From the NCBI RefSeq assembly GCF_009914755.1, contig NC_060936.1: 64,000 bases of DNA, one strand, 5' to 3'. Below the pieces are notes generated by a model that did no database searches, was not told the origin of the DNA, and was given only the letters and a program-made list of their open reading frames with translations. Origin of the DNA: the human T2T-CHM13v2.0 reference genome, Homo sapiens. Numbering within the stretch: the stretch's first letter is position 1; each line of letters begins with the position of its first letter. The translations under genes were made by a program, and so were the position numbers. Below, one piece after another: positions 43,690 to 59,697 of this stretch.

Positions 43690-44095
43690 AGAGCACGGGC
43701 TCCCAAGTTACAGTCCTAAGCTTGAATTCATGCTCTTCTATGTAGCTGTTTGACCTTGGCTAAGTTCTTTAATCATTTAGTGTACTTTCCTCCTCTATAA
43801 AAAGAGGTAAATAATAGTACTTGTCTTGTTAGATTGTTTTGAGTTAAATTGTTACCAGGCAGATAAATAGCTCTCAACAAACTCTCAACTGACTATTCCT
43901 ACATGGTCAGAGTCAAAATGTCTGAATTTGAATCTCAGCAAATTTACTTACAGGCTGTAAAAACTGTGACTAAGTTGTAATGTTTCAGTGTTTCAGTTTC
44001 TTCATCTGTAAAATAAGGATACATAATAAACTATAAAAGTACCCCCAAAAGTACCTAGCACACGATCTGCTCTCAGTAAATGTCTGATATCTACT
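43690..44095 (+). mobile_element. Two tandem MIRs
   Basis: tagctgtttgaccttggctaagtt; tcagtttcttcatctgtaaaataagga. Confidence 0.75.
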
Positions 44096-44389
44096 CTGCT
44101 TATTTTTGCAGAATATAAGTTGTGGGAAACTAAAGATGATTCTCAGCGTCTTGCTTAAGAAGTAGATAGGGAGTAGTATCATGATTCTAGAAGTTGAGAT
44201 AAGGTGACAGGGAATGTTCTGGTTGAAAATTTTATCATTTCAGTTCCATGTTGCTGCAGATGCTAAGTGAGTAGGGGCTCTCACCCCAAATCTTTAAGAA
44301 CCTATAATAAATTAAAATAAAGTATGGGAATAAAGAGGGAAAAACTGCTGCATAGCTGAAGGCTTAAAATGCTTTTAAGAACCATGAGA

Positions 44390-44680
44390 GCCATGAAGGT
44401 GCACTGCTTGGATCTCCATTCAAGAATTTGCCATTCAGCTACAAAGAGCACATTTGGCTGACCGCCTTCAGCTCTAGCACCTTCAGGATCGCATTCAGCT
44501 TTTGAGTCCAAGCCATTCCCTTCCTGGACAACCCCCAAGAAAAGACTGAGCACAGCTGGGGTACTAGGGCTTGACCATTTCTGCCCAATGTAAGGCTCTT
44601 CTCATGGGAGATCTTAGCGCCAGCGCACCCCATTGGGCTGGCCAAGGCTCTGTTAGACGACATAATGCTCTGATGCTCCA
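44390..44680 (+). mobile_element. LTR16A-like fragment
   Basis: ggctgaccgccttcagct...ccattcccttcctggacaacccc...ccatttctgcccaa...gggctggccaaggctctg. Confidence 0.65.
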
Positions 44681-45464
44681 ATAATCATCAGCCACCTGTG
44701 GCACCACAGTGGGCAACTCCCAGGAGGACCCCAGAAGCCAAAGGAAGTCACTATCAATGATCTCAGTGGCCACTGGAGAGTAATGGCTCTTCCATTCTGC
44801 ACTGGGCATCAATCAAAGGTCTGTCACTGGGCAGGCTGTAGCCCACAAACATATTGAAAAGAGATTTTGAGAATTGTATTTCCAGAGTTTTCCCCTGCAG
44901 GAGGTAAATGTAGCAGGGGCAGGAGGGATGCTGGGCTGCTAACAGACAATCCAGGGTACCAGTATCTGTTGCCCACATCTTCTGACTCTGCTCCCTCACT
45001 CACTGTATTCTCTCCTGCTACTGGTTCTTGCCCGGCTGTTAAGAATCCAACATTTTGCCACAGCCAAATGTTTGCACTTTGCCTACCACAAATATGAATG
45101 CCACAAAAGTCTGGCAAGAATACAACAGGAAAGCAAAAAATATGTTAAGTTTCGTAAGGGCTTACTATCTGATTTCTGTGATAATTACCTGATTACTCTC
45201 AGGGCTCATAGGCAAATAATAACTTCCTCAGCTAACGTATACTACATTATTTTACTCTTCTCAGGTAAAGAGAAGTCCATTTGAGAAAATGTTGTAGCAA
45301 CATTGCCTTGGGCCCTTGGAGATATGAGTTGATGGTTCCTTGACCACGTGTAATTCCTACTAACATAACTCACTCTATTCCCTACCCATCCTTCCCATCA
45401 TTGCACAAATATGCACCAACACAGTCATTTTTGGAAATGAGAGAGACGTTATTATTCCATATGT

Positions 45465-45643
45465 GTTTGTTTGTTTGTTTGTGGGACAGGGTCTCGCTAT
45501 GTTGCCCTGGCTGAATGAAGTGCAGGGGCTATTCACAGCAGCTATCATATCACACTACAGCCTGGAACTCTTGGCCTTAATTGATCCTCCTAGCTCAGCC
45601 TCCAGAGTAGCTGGGACTATAGGCAGGTGCCACCATGTCCAGC
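45465..45643 (-). mobile_element. FAM (fossil Alu monomer)
   Basis: Monomer with diagnostic ggctattcacag (antisense of ctgtgaatagcc). Confidence 0.85.
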
Positions 45644-46178
45644 TACTTTAAGGTTTTTAAAGCAAGTCTAGAACTTTATCCATCCTTTGGCTTCATTTTC
45701 TAAAACAAAATGAGTTAGGATCAAGCTGATATCCCATATCCTTCTGGAAGAAGACTTCTGTACTAACTGACACATAGTACTATGCTCATTTTAGAAATAT
45801 ATCCAGGACTTCACAAAGCCAAGATAAATTTCTACTTAGGTGGGTACTTGGCCAAAAAATCCTCTTAGGAAATGTCAGATTTCCTGCAGATATTTTACAG
45901 TATAAACATAAATAATGAAACCGTAAAAGACAGTAAATCATTTTCAGTACTAAAGTAAACAATTTTAGTATTTAAAACAATTTTAAATATACTTATGAAC
46001 CTAAATATACAGTGTCTATATAAAAAATTTCCAAGATGTATTACTTTCTCAACTTTTTTCCCTAAATACTTCAAAAATAGAAGGCACTTCTAAAAACATG
46101 TACACATGAAGCATGGAAACTAAAACCACCACCAAAAACTGTAATGTTCTATGCAATGTTTCAAATTACTACATCTAA

Positions 46179-46602
<424 letters not shown>

Positions 46603-49351
46603 TAATTCTTACCTATTGAGCAACAGAGAGTGTATGTTCATTTTTAAATATTTGGCTTCTTACAAGAAGAAACATTGCAACATCTTTCCATCAAACATAA
46701 AAAATACTGCTCCTTTGCATTTCATCACTGCTTCACAGGAGATTGATAATGCATTTTAGTAATGGCATTTTCTTTGGTTAAGTTGTGCCTGTTTCCATCC
46801 TAAAAGGTTAAGCATTATTAAATCAGTTGAGAGGTATGATCAGACACTTTTAGAACTTGCTTTCTTCCCCCTTCTTTTTCTACAAGTGAAGTAGATGTCA
46901 TAGAAGTTAGTATCTATATCATTCAGTTCAAAAACAATAAAATTATTGAAATAATAAAAATTTTGAAAAAATTCAAAAATTATTAAAAATTCAGTTCAAA
47001 AACAATCAAATATTGACTCATCAGTAGAATCACTTACACAACACAGCATTTCAATTCTAAGCAAATCTCCATTTGTTTCCATATTAATTGGGGCAATAGC
47101 TATTATATAGCAATGAAAAAAATGAACACTTCCAGGTATAACCAAAGAAGAATCCCTGATTTTTCCTTAACAAAAATCAAATGGGTCTTATTTAGCTGCC
47201 TCTAGAAATTAATCAATGCTACTGGGTTTTAGTTGAAATATTTGTAAAACCCTTTCATGACCTAATTACTCATTTTTAAACATTAAGCAAAAGTAAGTTT
47301 GTTTGAGGACAGAGATCATGTATTTCTGAGCCTGGAGCTTGTTCAATACCTGGTATGCAAGGGCTACTCAAAAGTGAGTTAAGAAAATAGTATGAGCCTT
47401 AGAAGATGCAGAGAGGGAAGAATGCCAAAAAGAGAATATTTTAATTTCTAAAAGTAGATTCCCATATATCTCAAACACTGTCTTAGAGCTAGAGAAAATA
47501 CTTTCTTTTTGAAGTATTACTACAAAACTTTATAAAACTTTTGGCCACAGGCATTAGCCAAACATTCTGTGCAAGGACTTACTCTCTCATTTTGCAGGGA
47601 AGTAAATAGTAATTAGGTTAACACCTAAACATAGCCTGAACTAAGAAGAAATAAAAGTCTCTTCTCTTCAAAACCCATCAACCCCTTTTCTGGACTGTTC
47701 TTTCACACTCTTGACCCACCTCTTCATTGCCAAGGCTTTCATTTTTTCCTCTGCCCACACCAACACCCATTTCCTTCACATCACCTACATGGGTTGCATG
47801 TGGCAGCTTCCTGTGCTCCCTGGTTTACTGCTGAGAATTTCACGTGGAACAACACCTGTTAGTCAGATGTTCCATTCCTTCCTGTCTTAACTGCCTCTCA
47901 TTCAAATCCAGAATGAATGGAATTAATTTCAACTAACACGACCTTTCATAATCCCATTAATAAAAACTAGAGGGTCTTCTGAACTTATCTGCATTTCCCA
48001 AAGGAGGAAAAAAGTGTGCATTTACTTTAAACTAGAAGTTACCCATATTCAACCCACCGAATACCATCATATCTGCCACCTGCAGTCCTCTATTAGGGTT
48101 GTAAAGTGAGTATTGATAAATACAAGAAATCTACTCAACAAGTCTTCTAGTGTTACTGAGGAAGTCAGAAATCTCTGAAGATTTTCCATACAGTTGTACT
48201 CCTAAATTACAGCTGTAAATCCACATAATCTAGGAAGCACTTCCAAATTAATCCTAGCCATTCATAATAAACTATGGCAATATATGACTTTATCCTACCC
48301 TTCTTTCCTGCACAAAATTATAACTTCCTTGAGGAAAGAACACCATTTTGTGTTTAGTAGACTGTAAGGATTCCTAGGGACTTGCTGTCAAGCACTAGAA
48401 CTGTAAAGATAGAAAGGACATTGAGGGAAGTCGCCGACCAGAAGGCATGAAAACACAGAAGGAACAACGCTCCTTTGTATTGAGTGGAAACAAGTCAGAC
48501 TCAAAGCTAATTTAAGATCGGAAGGAAAGGTCTACATGGCTTTTTAAAGGTAAAAAGTAATTGTGTCTACCTCAAGAAACAAAACCCAAGCAAAGTCTGA
48601 TGTAAAAAATAGCCTGGATTGATTCTGGCAGCCAAAATCAATGAAGACATCTCTAATTACTGAAGACAAGACAAGTTTGAGATGTTTAGTATAAATGAGG
48701 AAGGGTTGGAAAGCGCACATTATCTGGGAATGTATGCTCCTGCTACTCAACTCAAGCAATGAAAATTCGATTATTTTAGAAAAGCTAAAATAAGGACAAG
48801 ATCAAAGTGAAAATAACAGGAGTTGCTTGGAAAGGCTGCAGAATAAAACATTAACTTAAACTCTTATGGAGGAAGGTACAAAAATTATATTCCAGAAAAG
48901 TGTTCATCAGACATTAAAGGAGGCAGTTCTCCACTAAAGACTGATTTCGTCTGAGAACAGGTTTTGCTCTTTGAAGAGATCAAAATACTCTTTCACCTTT
49001 AAAAACTCCAAAATATTGAGCTGTGAGATAAACTACAGTAGTACTAAACAGGGACTTCAGCTTTTAGGCGCTTACATCCAAAATCAAACTAAACTAATCT
49101 AGCACGAGTGACACTTAATGGGGACAGGGGGACTTACCTAATAACACTCATCTATGACTGTCATATAGTTAAACAAGGGCTAAATGAGACCAAACAGTTC
49201 AACTAAAGCCATAGAAGGGTCAACACTGAACACAGAGAGAAAAACTGTTCCACATGTTAAAAACTATAAATGACACTCTACTAGGTTTTATCTGTCTATC
49301 TAGAAATACATTTTAATCCAGGTATTTAGTTTCAAATTAATACTCAGAAGG

Positions 49352-49367
49352 TGCGTGTGTGTGTGTG

Positions 49368-49406
<39 letters not shown>
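49352..49406. repeat. (TG)n microsatellite with two CG interruptions
   Basis: Seen directly; alternating purine-pyrimidine. Confidence 0.97.
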
Positions 49407-49410
<4 letters not shown>

Positions 49411-51489
49411 GAGGCATTCAAATTGAACGCCCTAAATGAAAGTTAGAGTTATCCTCCTTAGTTTCAACTTTCAAAGATAGGAGATCTACCTTAAAGAGCC
49501 ATATTTTTCTTGGCATAACTACTGCTGGTGCAATTGTTTGAAAATGTATCAAAAAGACTTGACTTAATGTACTTATAAGGTCCTCCTTTTTCATCTCTCA
49601 GAGTAATATTTCATGTCTGTTTACTCATAGATAAAATGATAAATTTTTCTTATCTGAAAATAACTGCCTTCAAGCTTCAGTGGGTTTCAAGCAAGCTAAT
49701 ATTTACCAAAAGAGCTTTAATTTTGTGCCAGGGAAAAATTAAATCTGGGGAAAGCTAAACCAAATGGGACATTTCAAGTTGGGGAGAGTAGCTGGAGAGA
49801 TAGAAATTATCATTTAAAAACAAATGTTAGATGTTTAGATGCCATTAGTCCCCTGGGTGTTCTTCTGACCTAACAAGGAGTTGATCCACAGAATATGGAA
49901 TCTGAAGGAGACCCAGAGATTACTTGTTAACAAGACTTTTCTGCCCCTCCCTATTTTTTTTCTTCACAACTGGGGATATTGTGATGGCTAAATCATCAGC
50001 TAAACAAACATCTTCCCATTCTCAGGCAAAACAAACAAACAAACAACAAAACCTTTTGATTTGTGAGACAATATTTTCTTTGAGAAAAAATGAGAAGTAA
50101 TCCAGAATATATGAATAAAGTTGTTGAAAGAAATAATACTAAGCCAGAAAAAAACTAAATTCAATGGCCTTGGCAACTTGTATGTGATTTTAACTGTTTA
50201 GCCTATTGGAAATACTCCACAAAAGTTCAGAGCCACTACTGTGGGGAGGTGTGGATAATATATGTCATAAATATCTGATCTGTGAAGTACACATATTTAA
50301 ACAAATTTTATAATTTTAAGAATAGGACTAGAAATAACATATATTTATATTCGGTGAAAATTCCCCACCGGAGCTTATTCTCATACAATTTGAATTCAAA
50401 ATACCTTTAAAAATTTGGTTTAACAGAACAGTTCCAGGAATACTACAAGCATGTTCATGCTGGTAACATTTCTGTCAGAAATGATCAAGGAGGGAGAAGC
50501 TGGGTTGACGAAAGCTCTTGAGAGAAAACAAAACAAAAAAAATGCATGTGTTATTACAACTCTTTGAAGCCGAGATAGAGCAGTTCTTATATAAAACTTC
50601 TAAGCAATCAGAATATCTTCGTAGGTGAAAAGGCATTACCCGCAAACGTTCCTACTAATAAATGCAGTCATCATTTGCAAGAACTAGAAACTGGACAATA
50701 AGGAAATTCCCAAGATACAGCTGTTTATGTGAACAAAGTGTTTAACAAACCAGGACATTAAATGCCTCTGTCAAAGTAAATGGAAAGGAAGCATCTAAAA
50801 CATACAGGCCATCACTGGGCCGAGTGATAGTGATAATTACCCATTCATTTTTCTTGCTGGAACTACATCTGTGGCATTTAAATTCAAGGAAACCAAATCC
50901 TCAGTAGAGCCTGTCAGTCCATTTCACATCTGGGTAGTCCATTTTGGGAGAAAGACTGCACCTTATGTATGATTAATTAATTCCTTGTTGACAACGTGTC
51001 CCATGGTGCTAGTGACCCTCTTATAGAGAGTTTTTTTTTTTCTTTTCTGTGTCTAAAGGCTTAGATCTTGGGCAAAATAATGGCCTGCTTTGGGTTATTG
51101 AGCGTCACTTCTAGAAATTTTGAGTGGACGTTGAGAGTCTAGGGGTGGTTGTAAATTTAAAGTGATGAGTTGTGTAAGGAGATTTTCTAATAATCAGCTT
51201 GTCATGGGGTTGCAGGGAGAATTGAGGCACTAAACTCACTTTCCCCCTTTTATAACCATAATACCTGGATCACTCCCAACAAAAATGAAGAAGAAAATTC
51301 CCTAAGAACTTTCCTATCAATCCCCATTCCATATTCAATTTTCTCCAACTTTTCCTAAAGGCTGTCCCAGCCTGCTTTGGTTCCTAGCTAGGATTGATGG
51401 ATGATTCCACGTGATCGTTGCTCATCACTAGCATTCTTGTAAATCTTAAGCAATTCCTCCAACACCTTGCCCACACGACCACTTTAATC

Positions 51490-51945
<456 letters not shown>

Positions 51946-52309
51946 TATTCATTTTGAGTAATAACAATTACAGCTAATAACAATTACAGCTAAAATGTAT
52001 TGAGTATCTGCTCTCTGCCTGGCATTGTTCTAAGTCCCTTTTATGTAGTATCTCATTTAATAGCTCATGTATTAAGTAATACTCCTGTCTTTATTTTACA
52101 GATGAGAGAGGCTAAATGACTTCGGGGTGGCAGAGCATTCCTGCTGCAGAGCCAATTCCTGGAACTGCCACCACCATGCCACACATTGCTCATTATTTCA
52201 GAGCACCTGATGGTACATGACACAGCCTTGTGGAGCTAGACTGTATCCTCAGGGGAATGAGACTGGTAACACAATTCTAAAATAGCTATAAAATTCAATG
52301 TCTTTTATA

Positions 52310-52862
<553 letters not shown>

Positions 52863-54324
52863 AAGTTTTTTTAAGTCAATAGCTCGTTCAGATAGACCCA
52901 ACTAACAAAGATGAAACTAACAACGTGAAAATATTTTCATCTTGGAAATCTCCAAACTTTGGTCACTGAGCATTTGTATTTTGCCAGCTGCCTTGCGTTA
53001 TCTGAAGTGGCAGGAAAATAGTGACAAAAAAACTCAGGCACTTAGAGGGTGCCCTGGGGATGTGTGTGGCTTTTTCTCCTTCCATATCTTCCCCTGCAGT
53101 GACCTCAGCAGCGGGGCAGAACCAGGACAGACAGAGGAAAGTGTGTGTAATTCTCATCCATTCTGGGCCCTGTGGAATTGGAACTTATGCTTACTGCATT
53201 GTCACTTGAACATTAAATCTTAAATGTCAAAATATTCTGCAAAGCAGAGAAAGAATTTCAACATGGTATCCCAAAATCTCTTTTCCATACTTTTCTTGGA
53301 AGCTCTGTCAAAATAAAAAAATTGCTACTGCTTAAAAAAAAATTATTTTCATGTTCCCATGGAAATTCACAAAGAGAATATTGTATTTGCTTTCTACCAC
53401 AAGCAGAAATAATTGTTTCTGATGGAAATCATATTAGACATGAATATCATGAAAAATATTATCTAAACTTTTATTTTGGGTAAAATATTCATCCTGTGCC
53501 TAAGAGTATCGTACACCCAGAGCAATCAGGAAAATTGCCAACAACTACCCGCTGTGGGACTTGCTACTTTGACAAACATGCTCTACTTCCAGGCAAATTG
53601 TAGCACCGCCATCCTCATATAAAACCAGGGAGACAAATTAATCTTAGTAACTATTTGGAGAAAGATATCTGAATATGTCTCGCCCTGCTCTGCCCTAAAT
53701 CGCAATCCAATATTAACTCATAATCTTTTTCATTGGCTTTGGTAATGGTACCCTTTGAAGACAATCTATGAATATGCATATGGCCTTTAGGCACTTTATT
53801 TGCCATTTCATCCAATTAACAGATAATTAAAAATGCTGCCTATGAGTACCTTTTCTCCCTTCCTTTCATCACCAAAGATAACACAGTGCTTTAAGGATGA
53901 AGTGCTAGATGCAGGCCACATCAATGGCAGGTCTCAGGAGTATCAAAAACAAACGCAGCCAACCTTCCATTTCACGGAGTCTCAATCACTTTGTAACTTG
54001 ACCCTCTAGGTTTGGGTTTTAATAATCTGCTATTCTCCTTTAACTAGTTAATGAATTGTTATTGGGCTAGTCATGTTCCCAAAGTTTCAATGTGTTACTA
54101 GAGTCATTTGCATGTGGATTGTCATGGGTGGATTACTTTTTAGCACAAAGAGTAAATCCTACTTATGACTAAATTGGCAGAGAGATCCATTTATAGATAC
54201 TGGGACCAGTCTTTTCCCTACTCAGTAAGGGGAAGAAATGGACAATATCTAGCCCAAAGAATCAGAGCCTGATTTGATAGAATAGTCAAATAAATACATT
54301 TTAAGGGATTTTTTTTCAATACCA

Positions 54325-54710
54325 ATCAAGATAGGCCATTTTAACATTTGTAATATGAACAACCCTCAAACTTCAATGATTCCAGCCAGGTTTTTTTTCT
54401 TATTTATGCAACATGTCTAACATAGATCAGCAGGGATCTCTGCCTAATTTAGTCACTCACAGACCCAAGATGACAGATGTTTCATGAAACTTGTGATTCT
54501 GTGACCACTGAAGTAGGGAAAAGGAAGTTTGCAGTTGAGCACCAGCAATCAAATGCTTCCACTTAGAAGTGGCACATGTCACCCCTGCTTATATTTTATT
54601 GGTCAGAGCAAGTCACTGGCCAAGCCTATCTTCAAGGGGCCAGGAAATCACAATCTTAACAAGGGCCCAGAAGGAGGAGAATGAGAATATTTGTAAATGA
54701 CTCAATAATT
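54325..54710 (-). mobile_element. MLT1K/J-like MaLR LTR
   Basis: aaatgcttccacttagaagtggcacatgtcac...ttggtcagagcaagtcac. Confidence 0.75.
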
Positions 54711-55249
54711 GCCTGCTTCCTGTGATAGTAGTTTAATAATATAATGTCATTTAGTGAAGTTTGATAATTTAGCATTGAGTGTTTCATAGGGCCTGGAAGA
54801 TCTATAATAAAGTCTCATGTCATGTTGAAGGTAGATATGTAGCGTTGTGGTTCTCTACTTGTCACATTCACTGCAACTCGAGGAAAGTATTTTTTTAAGA
54901 AACATACTTTGTTGTCTCTTATTAAAACTTTTTATTCTTTTAGGAAGCAAGAAAGTCTTTGTCTCTCTCCCTCTGAAGAGTCGGTGTATTTCCACATCTA
55001 AATTAATTATAATCCATTGACTTTGCAGAGAACCAAGTTATAAACTTTGAATTAGCCCCAAGTGTTAACATATTTTTTTACTTTTTCACCTTGATTTCTC
55101 CTTTATAATTAATTTTAAAATTAATTACATTAATTTTATGCATTATATTTGTCCTTTTTATAAGTGACCTCAAGCCCTTTAGTGAAAGAGGTGGAGAGTG
55201 ATAAAGAATTAGAACTGAAAAAAAAAAACCCTCACTTTATTAAAGACAA

Positions 55250-55385
55250 TAATTTTCCTGGTTGTGAGGTGCTATAGTAATACAAGATAGTACCCCTGGG
55301 GAAACTGAGGGAAGGATACATAGAATCCTTATGAATTATTTCTTACAATGCATGTGAATCTAATTATCTCAAGGTAAAAAGGTAT
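55250..55385 (+). mobile_element. L1MC fragment
   Basis: aattttcctggttgtga...ggggaaactg...tttcttacaatgcatgtgaatct. Confidence 0.7.
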
Positions 55386-55639
55386 ATGTGTGTTTTTTAA
55401 TGTACAATAACCCTCCAAAGAGAGTTGACTACTACTACAGGAGCTAGAAGTCTCTTCTAAAGACTTGAAAAATTCCAAGATTCTCTTTCAAACCAATTAC
55501 CTCATGAAGAAAATTTCAATTTACCAGGCAATAGAAATCATTGGGGAAAAAATGCTTGGAACCATAGTCAGTAGACATTTTTTATGGATAAGCAAAAAAA
55601 AAAAAAAAAAGGCAAAGGATTAATACCTAAAGAAAGCTA

Positions 55640-55781
55640 GGTTGGCATGGTGGTGGCTTATGCCTGTAATGTCAGCATTTTGGGAAACCAAGGCTGGTGG
55701 ATCACTTGAGCTCAGGAGTTCAAGACCAGCCTGGGCGACATGGCCAAACCCCATCTCTAAATAAATATAATTTTTTTTAAA
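55640..55781 (+). mobile_element. FLAM / Alu left monomer
   Basis: Single left arm; TSD aaagaaagctag at 55629-40 and 55782-93. Confidence 0.9.
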
Positions 55782-55839
55782 AAAGAAAGCTAGCTTGCTT
55801 CCCTTTTTCTTTCTTTTTTTCCTTCCTTTTTTTTTTTGA

Positions 55840-56290
55840 AAAACATATTCACTAAACATCTCCTATTGCTAAAGACTATGGTAGGCAATTGATAAATAAA
55901 ACAGAAAGGGTGTCTGTCTGCATAGTGCTTATATTTTAATGGAGGAGAGGGTAAACAAGCAAATCAATAAAACAATTGCAATTGTACTATGTGCCATGAT
56001 GAAAACTAAGAGAGTGCTAAGATGAGAATGATGTAGGTGAGGAGCCACTCTAGCCAAGGTGGCCAAGAAGCAAGAAGAGCTCTTTGAGGAAATGGAGTAG
56101 GAGAAATGACTAGTGTCCTAAAAATCAGGTTGGGATCATTCCAAGCAGAAGGAATAGAATATGCAAATGGATTTGGAGGAGGTGGATCTGAGTATATTTG
56201 AGAAGCTGGAAGTTGGCCAGTATGGCTGGTAAGTGGTTATCAAGGAAAGGCAAGAGAGGACATTGGAAACATTGTGGGCAGAAGTGCAGC
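55840..56290 (-). mobile_element. L2 fragment
   Basis: gcttatattttaatggagg, cattccaagcagaaggaatag, ggccagtatggctgg. Confidence 0.75.
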
Positions 56291-57393
56291 ACAGCAACTC
56301 CACTTTTTGTTACAGGTGAATGGCAGCTCAGGTTGACATGATGACTAATATTTGTTCTAAATTGAACAAATTCATTATCAAACTAATGGAAATTAGAGTA
56401 GTTCTCTCTGCCTTATATGTCATTATTGTTCCAATATCCTGCCAAATTCAGTTTCTAGTGAAAAAGCTGATGAACAAGATTAAGCAGATACAAAATTGGA
56501 AACAAAAGTCCGAATTAAAGCCTGTTGTTAGAGCCCTACAAATGTAAATAAAGCATCAGCAACAGGGGAAATGCACTTGGTTGAGATACATGGGATGGAA
56601 TGTAAGTATATTATGATTCTCACAGCCAGCTATTACCACTGGGAAGGACTCTCTGCTCCCCACGTCTTCTCCATCTGCCAAAAATTCTACTAAAGTTATA
56701 TAAAACCTATTTATTTTCTTATTAGAGATGAGGCTTGAGTACAATAGTCCTTGCAGGGGTAACACTATGACTTAAATTTACATTAAAGATTAAATAACTA
56801 TCCTGGAGAGAGGTTATCTGCCAAGAGTAGAGGGGGGATTGCAATAGATGAGAGGATACCCAGAGGATTAAACTTTAATGGTAACATTATTAAACTTGTT
56901 AGGTGGGTCTGCCTGGATGATGAAGGTATTGATCTTTACAGTGTTTTAGATTTTGTATATATTTCCTAATAGTTTCTTTTTAAGAAGTAGATTACTCACT
57001 TCTTAACTTTGCTAATAACTCTTTCCTAAGAGTAATTGTTAAGCAAGCCACCTCTTAGAACTGGGAATCATGAGGGAAGAGAGGGATGGAGAAGACCATC
57101 TGAGTCCATTAATGATAGATTTCTAGAGTTGAGAAAGCTTAGAATTGGAAGGGACTTCAGAGGTCACTACTTGAAACCTTTCTTTTTACAGCAGTCAATC
57201 GGTCAAAGCTATGCAGCCAGTGAGTAAAGTTGGCAGGAACAGAGAAGGGAACAGTCTCAACTCCTGACTCCAGTCTGATGCTCAGCATTATAATACAACT
57301 GCCTTGAATTTCCTTTTCATTTAGTCACTAGTAACACCGAATTTTACTTTTGTGACTAAGGGAACACCTGGGAACTAGAAGTAGACCTCAAGT

Positions 57394-57940
<547 letters not shown>

Positions 57941-58335
57941 TGGAGAAAGTATCTTAAACAAGCTAATGAGAGGTCATAGAGACAACCATCATGGCTGAAA
58001 AGAAAAGGACACTGAAGAAATCACTGGAGGAGTAAAGCAAAAGAGCAGAATGAGCGTCATACCCAGAAGTATCACAGCAGTACCAATTAAAAGGACGGTG
58101 ACCTCTCTACTGACTAGGATGTTACCAAGGCCCATTGTCCAGGTCCACAGACTGAAGGGTGAGAAAAGCCCAGAGTCTGAGACGCTGCAGATAGGTACAA
58201 AGTTTGATAAGAAAAAACGTGACACAGAGCGGAAACCTTGCAATTTCACCTAGAGAAGCAAAATTATTGACAACAAAATAATATTTTATTGTATGGAAAT
58301 CAGATTTTCTTCAAGCCTGTCTATAGATAAAATAT

Positions 58336-58336
<1 letters not shown>

Positions 58337-58378
<42 letters not shown>

Positions 58379-58642
58379 ACAGGGTCTTGCTCTATCACCC
58401 AGGCTGGAGCATAGTGGCACAATCATAGCTCACTGCAGCCTTGCACTCCTGTGCTTGAATGATCCTCCCACCTCAGCCTCCCAAATAGCTGGGATCACAG
58501 GCATGTGCCACCCTGCATAGCTAATGTTTTTTATTTTTTGTAGAGACAGTGTCTCATCATGTTACCCAGTCTAGTCTCAAACTCCTGGCCTCAAGCCTTT
58601 CAAAGTGCTGGGATTATAGGCATGAGCCTCAAAGTCTGGTCT
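58337..58642 (-). mobile_element. AluJ with long T tract
   Basis: atagctcactgcagcc; T run at 58337-58374. Confidence 0.93.
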
Positions 58643-58899
58643 GAAAATATTTTTCCTTAATAGCAAAAAGGATTTAGACTTGAGAGAAAAGATCTCCTGA
58701 AAGGGTTAGTTACAGTTCCTCCTCTGGGGATAGTTAAAACAGAAAAAATTCCTCATATCTGTGCTGGTTTAGACACAGTCCAGCCCGATGTACGAATTAC
58801 TTCTGGTCTACAATAGAACAAGGAACTGTGATTCTGACAGGAGCTAAACCCAACTGACTTGACTCTCAGCACCCTAATTTCAGGTTCTAGGAAACCTGC

Positions 58900-59697
58900 T
58901 GATAACAGCGGGAGACAAATTCTATACTGAGCTGCCAGTTCAGTATAGAATCTATGATCAGAGTGAATACTTCTATGATGGCTTTTAACCAATCAAATGG
59001 TGCTTTTTCCAGGACCACCTATGGACCACTCAGCACACACTCCCCCATTCTGAACCCATAAAAACCCCAGACTCAGCCTCACAGACAGCTATCCACTTTT
59101 GGGCCCCCTCTCACACATAGGGCTACCCATTTCGGGTCCCCTCTTGTTGTCAAGAGCTTTTCTGTTGCTCAATAAAATTCTTCTCTGCCTTGCTCACTCT
59201 CTGGTGTCTGTATACTTCATTCTTCTTTGTTGTGGGACAAGAACTGGAAACTGGGAACCCTCCAAACAGTGGGAGCAAATAGGGCTGTAACATGCTTCGC
59301 CAAGCTGCAGACGTTGGGACTGAATGAGTTGTGACACGTCCCTGTTCATTGGGCTGCAAAGGCAGGAACAAGAGAGAGCTGTAGTGCTTCTTGGGAGCCC
59401 CAACCTTGGGACTTCCTGAGCAGAAGCTGTGATGCCCTCTTGGAGCTCCACATTTGCTAGCATCTCTGAGTTTTTGAGCACCACTGCATCCCCCTCGTCA
59501 GAATGTGGGCACCCATTTGTGGAAGCTGCTTGCAGCACACATGGTCCCTCCTTGGGCTGAGGATGCAGCCACAGTGGTTGTGGGATCTGGGCCAGGGAAT
59601 GAGCCAAGTGCAGCCTGCCCACTCAAAGCCTGGGCAGAGGTACTGCCGGCCACAGAGGTTCCTGACTGGGAAGTGGCACCAAAAGAATCCTATGTCA
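58900..59697 (+). mobile_element. ERV1 solo LTR, LTR27/LTR28/MER52/LTR1 group
   Basis: tgata...tgtca ends with 4-bp flanks ctgc/ctac; accaatca, cccataaaaacccc, aataaa at 59171; ggccacagaggttcctgactgg. Confidence 0.8.

Noticed and set aside
51960-51994. 16-bp tandem duplication taataacaattacagc
   Set aside because: Simple slippage at a MIR tail; two units only, not an array.
57989-58249. ORF with a transmembrane-like hydrophobic stretch
   Set aside because: Pyrimidine-rich strand of a probable L2 relic; the composition explains the hydrophobicity.
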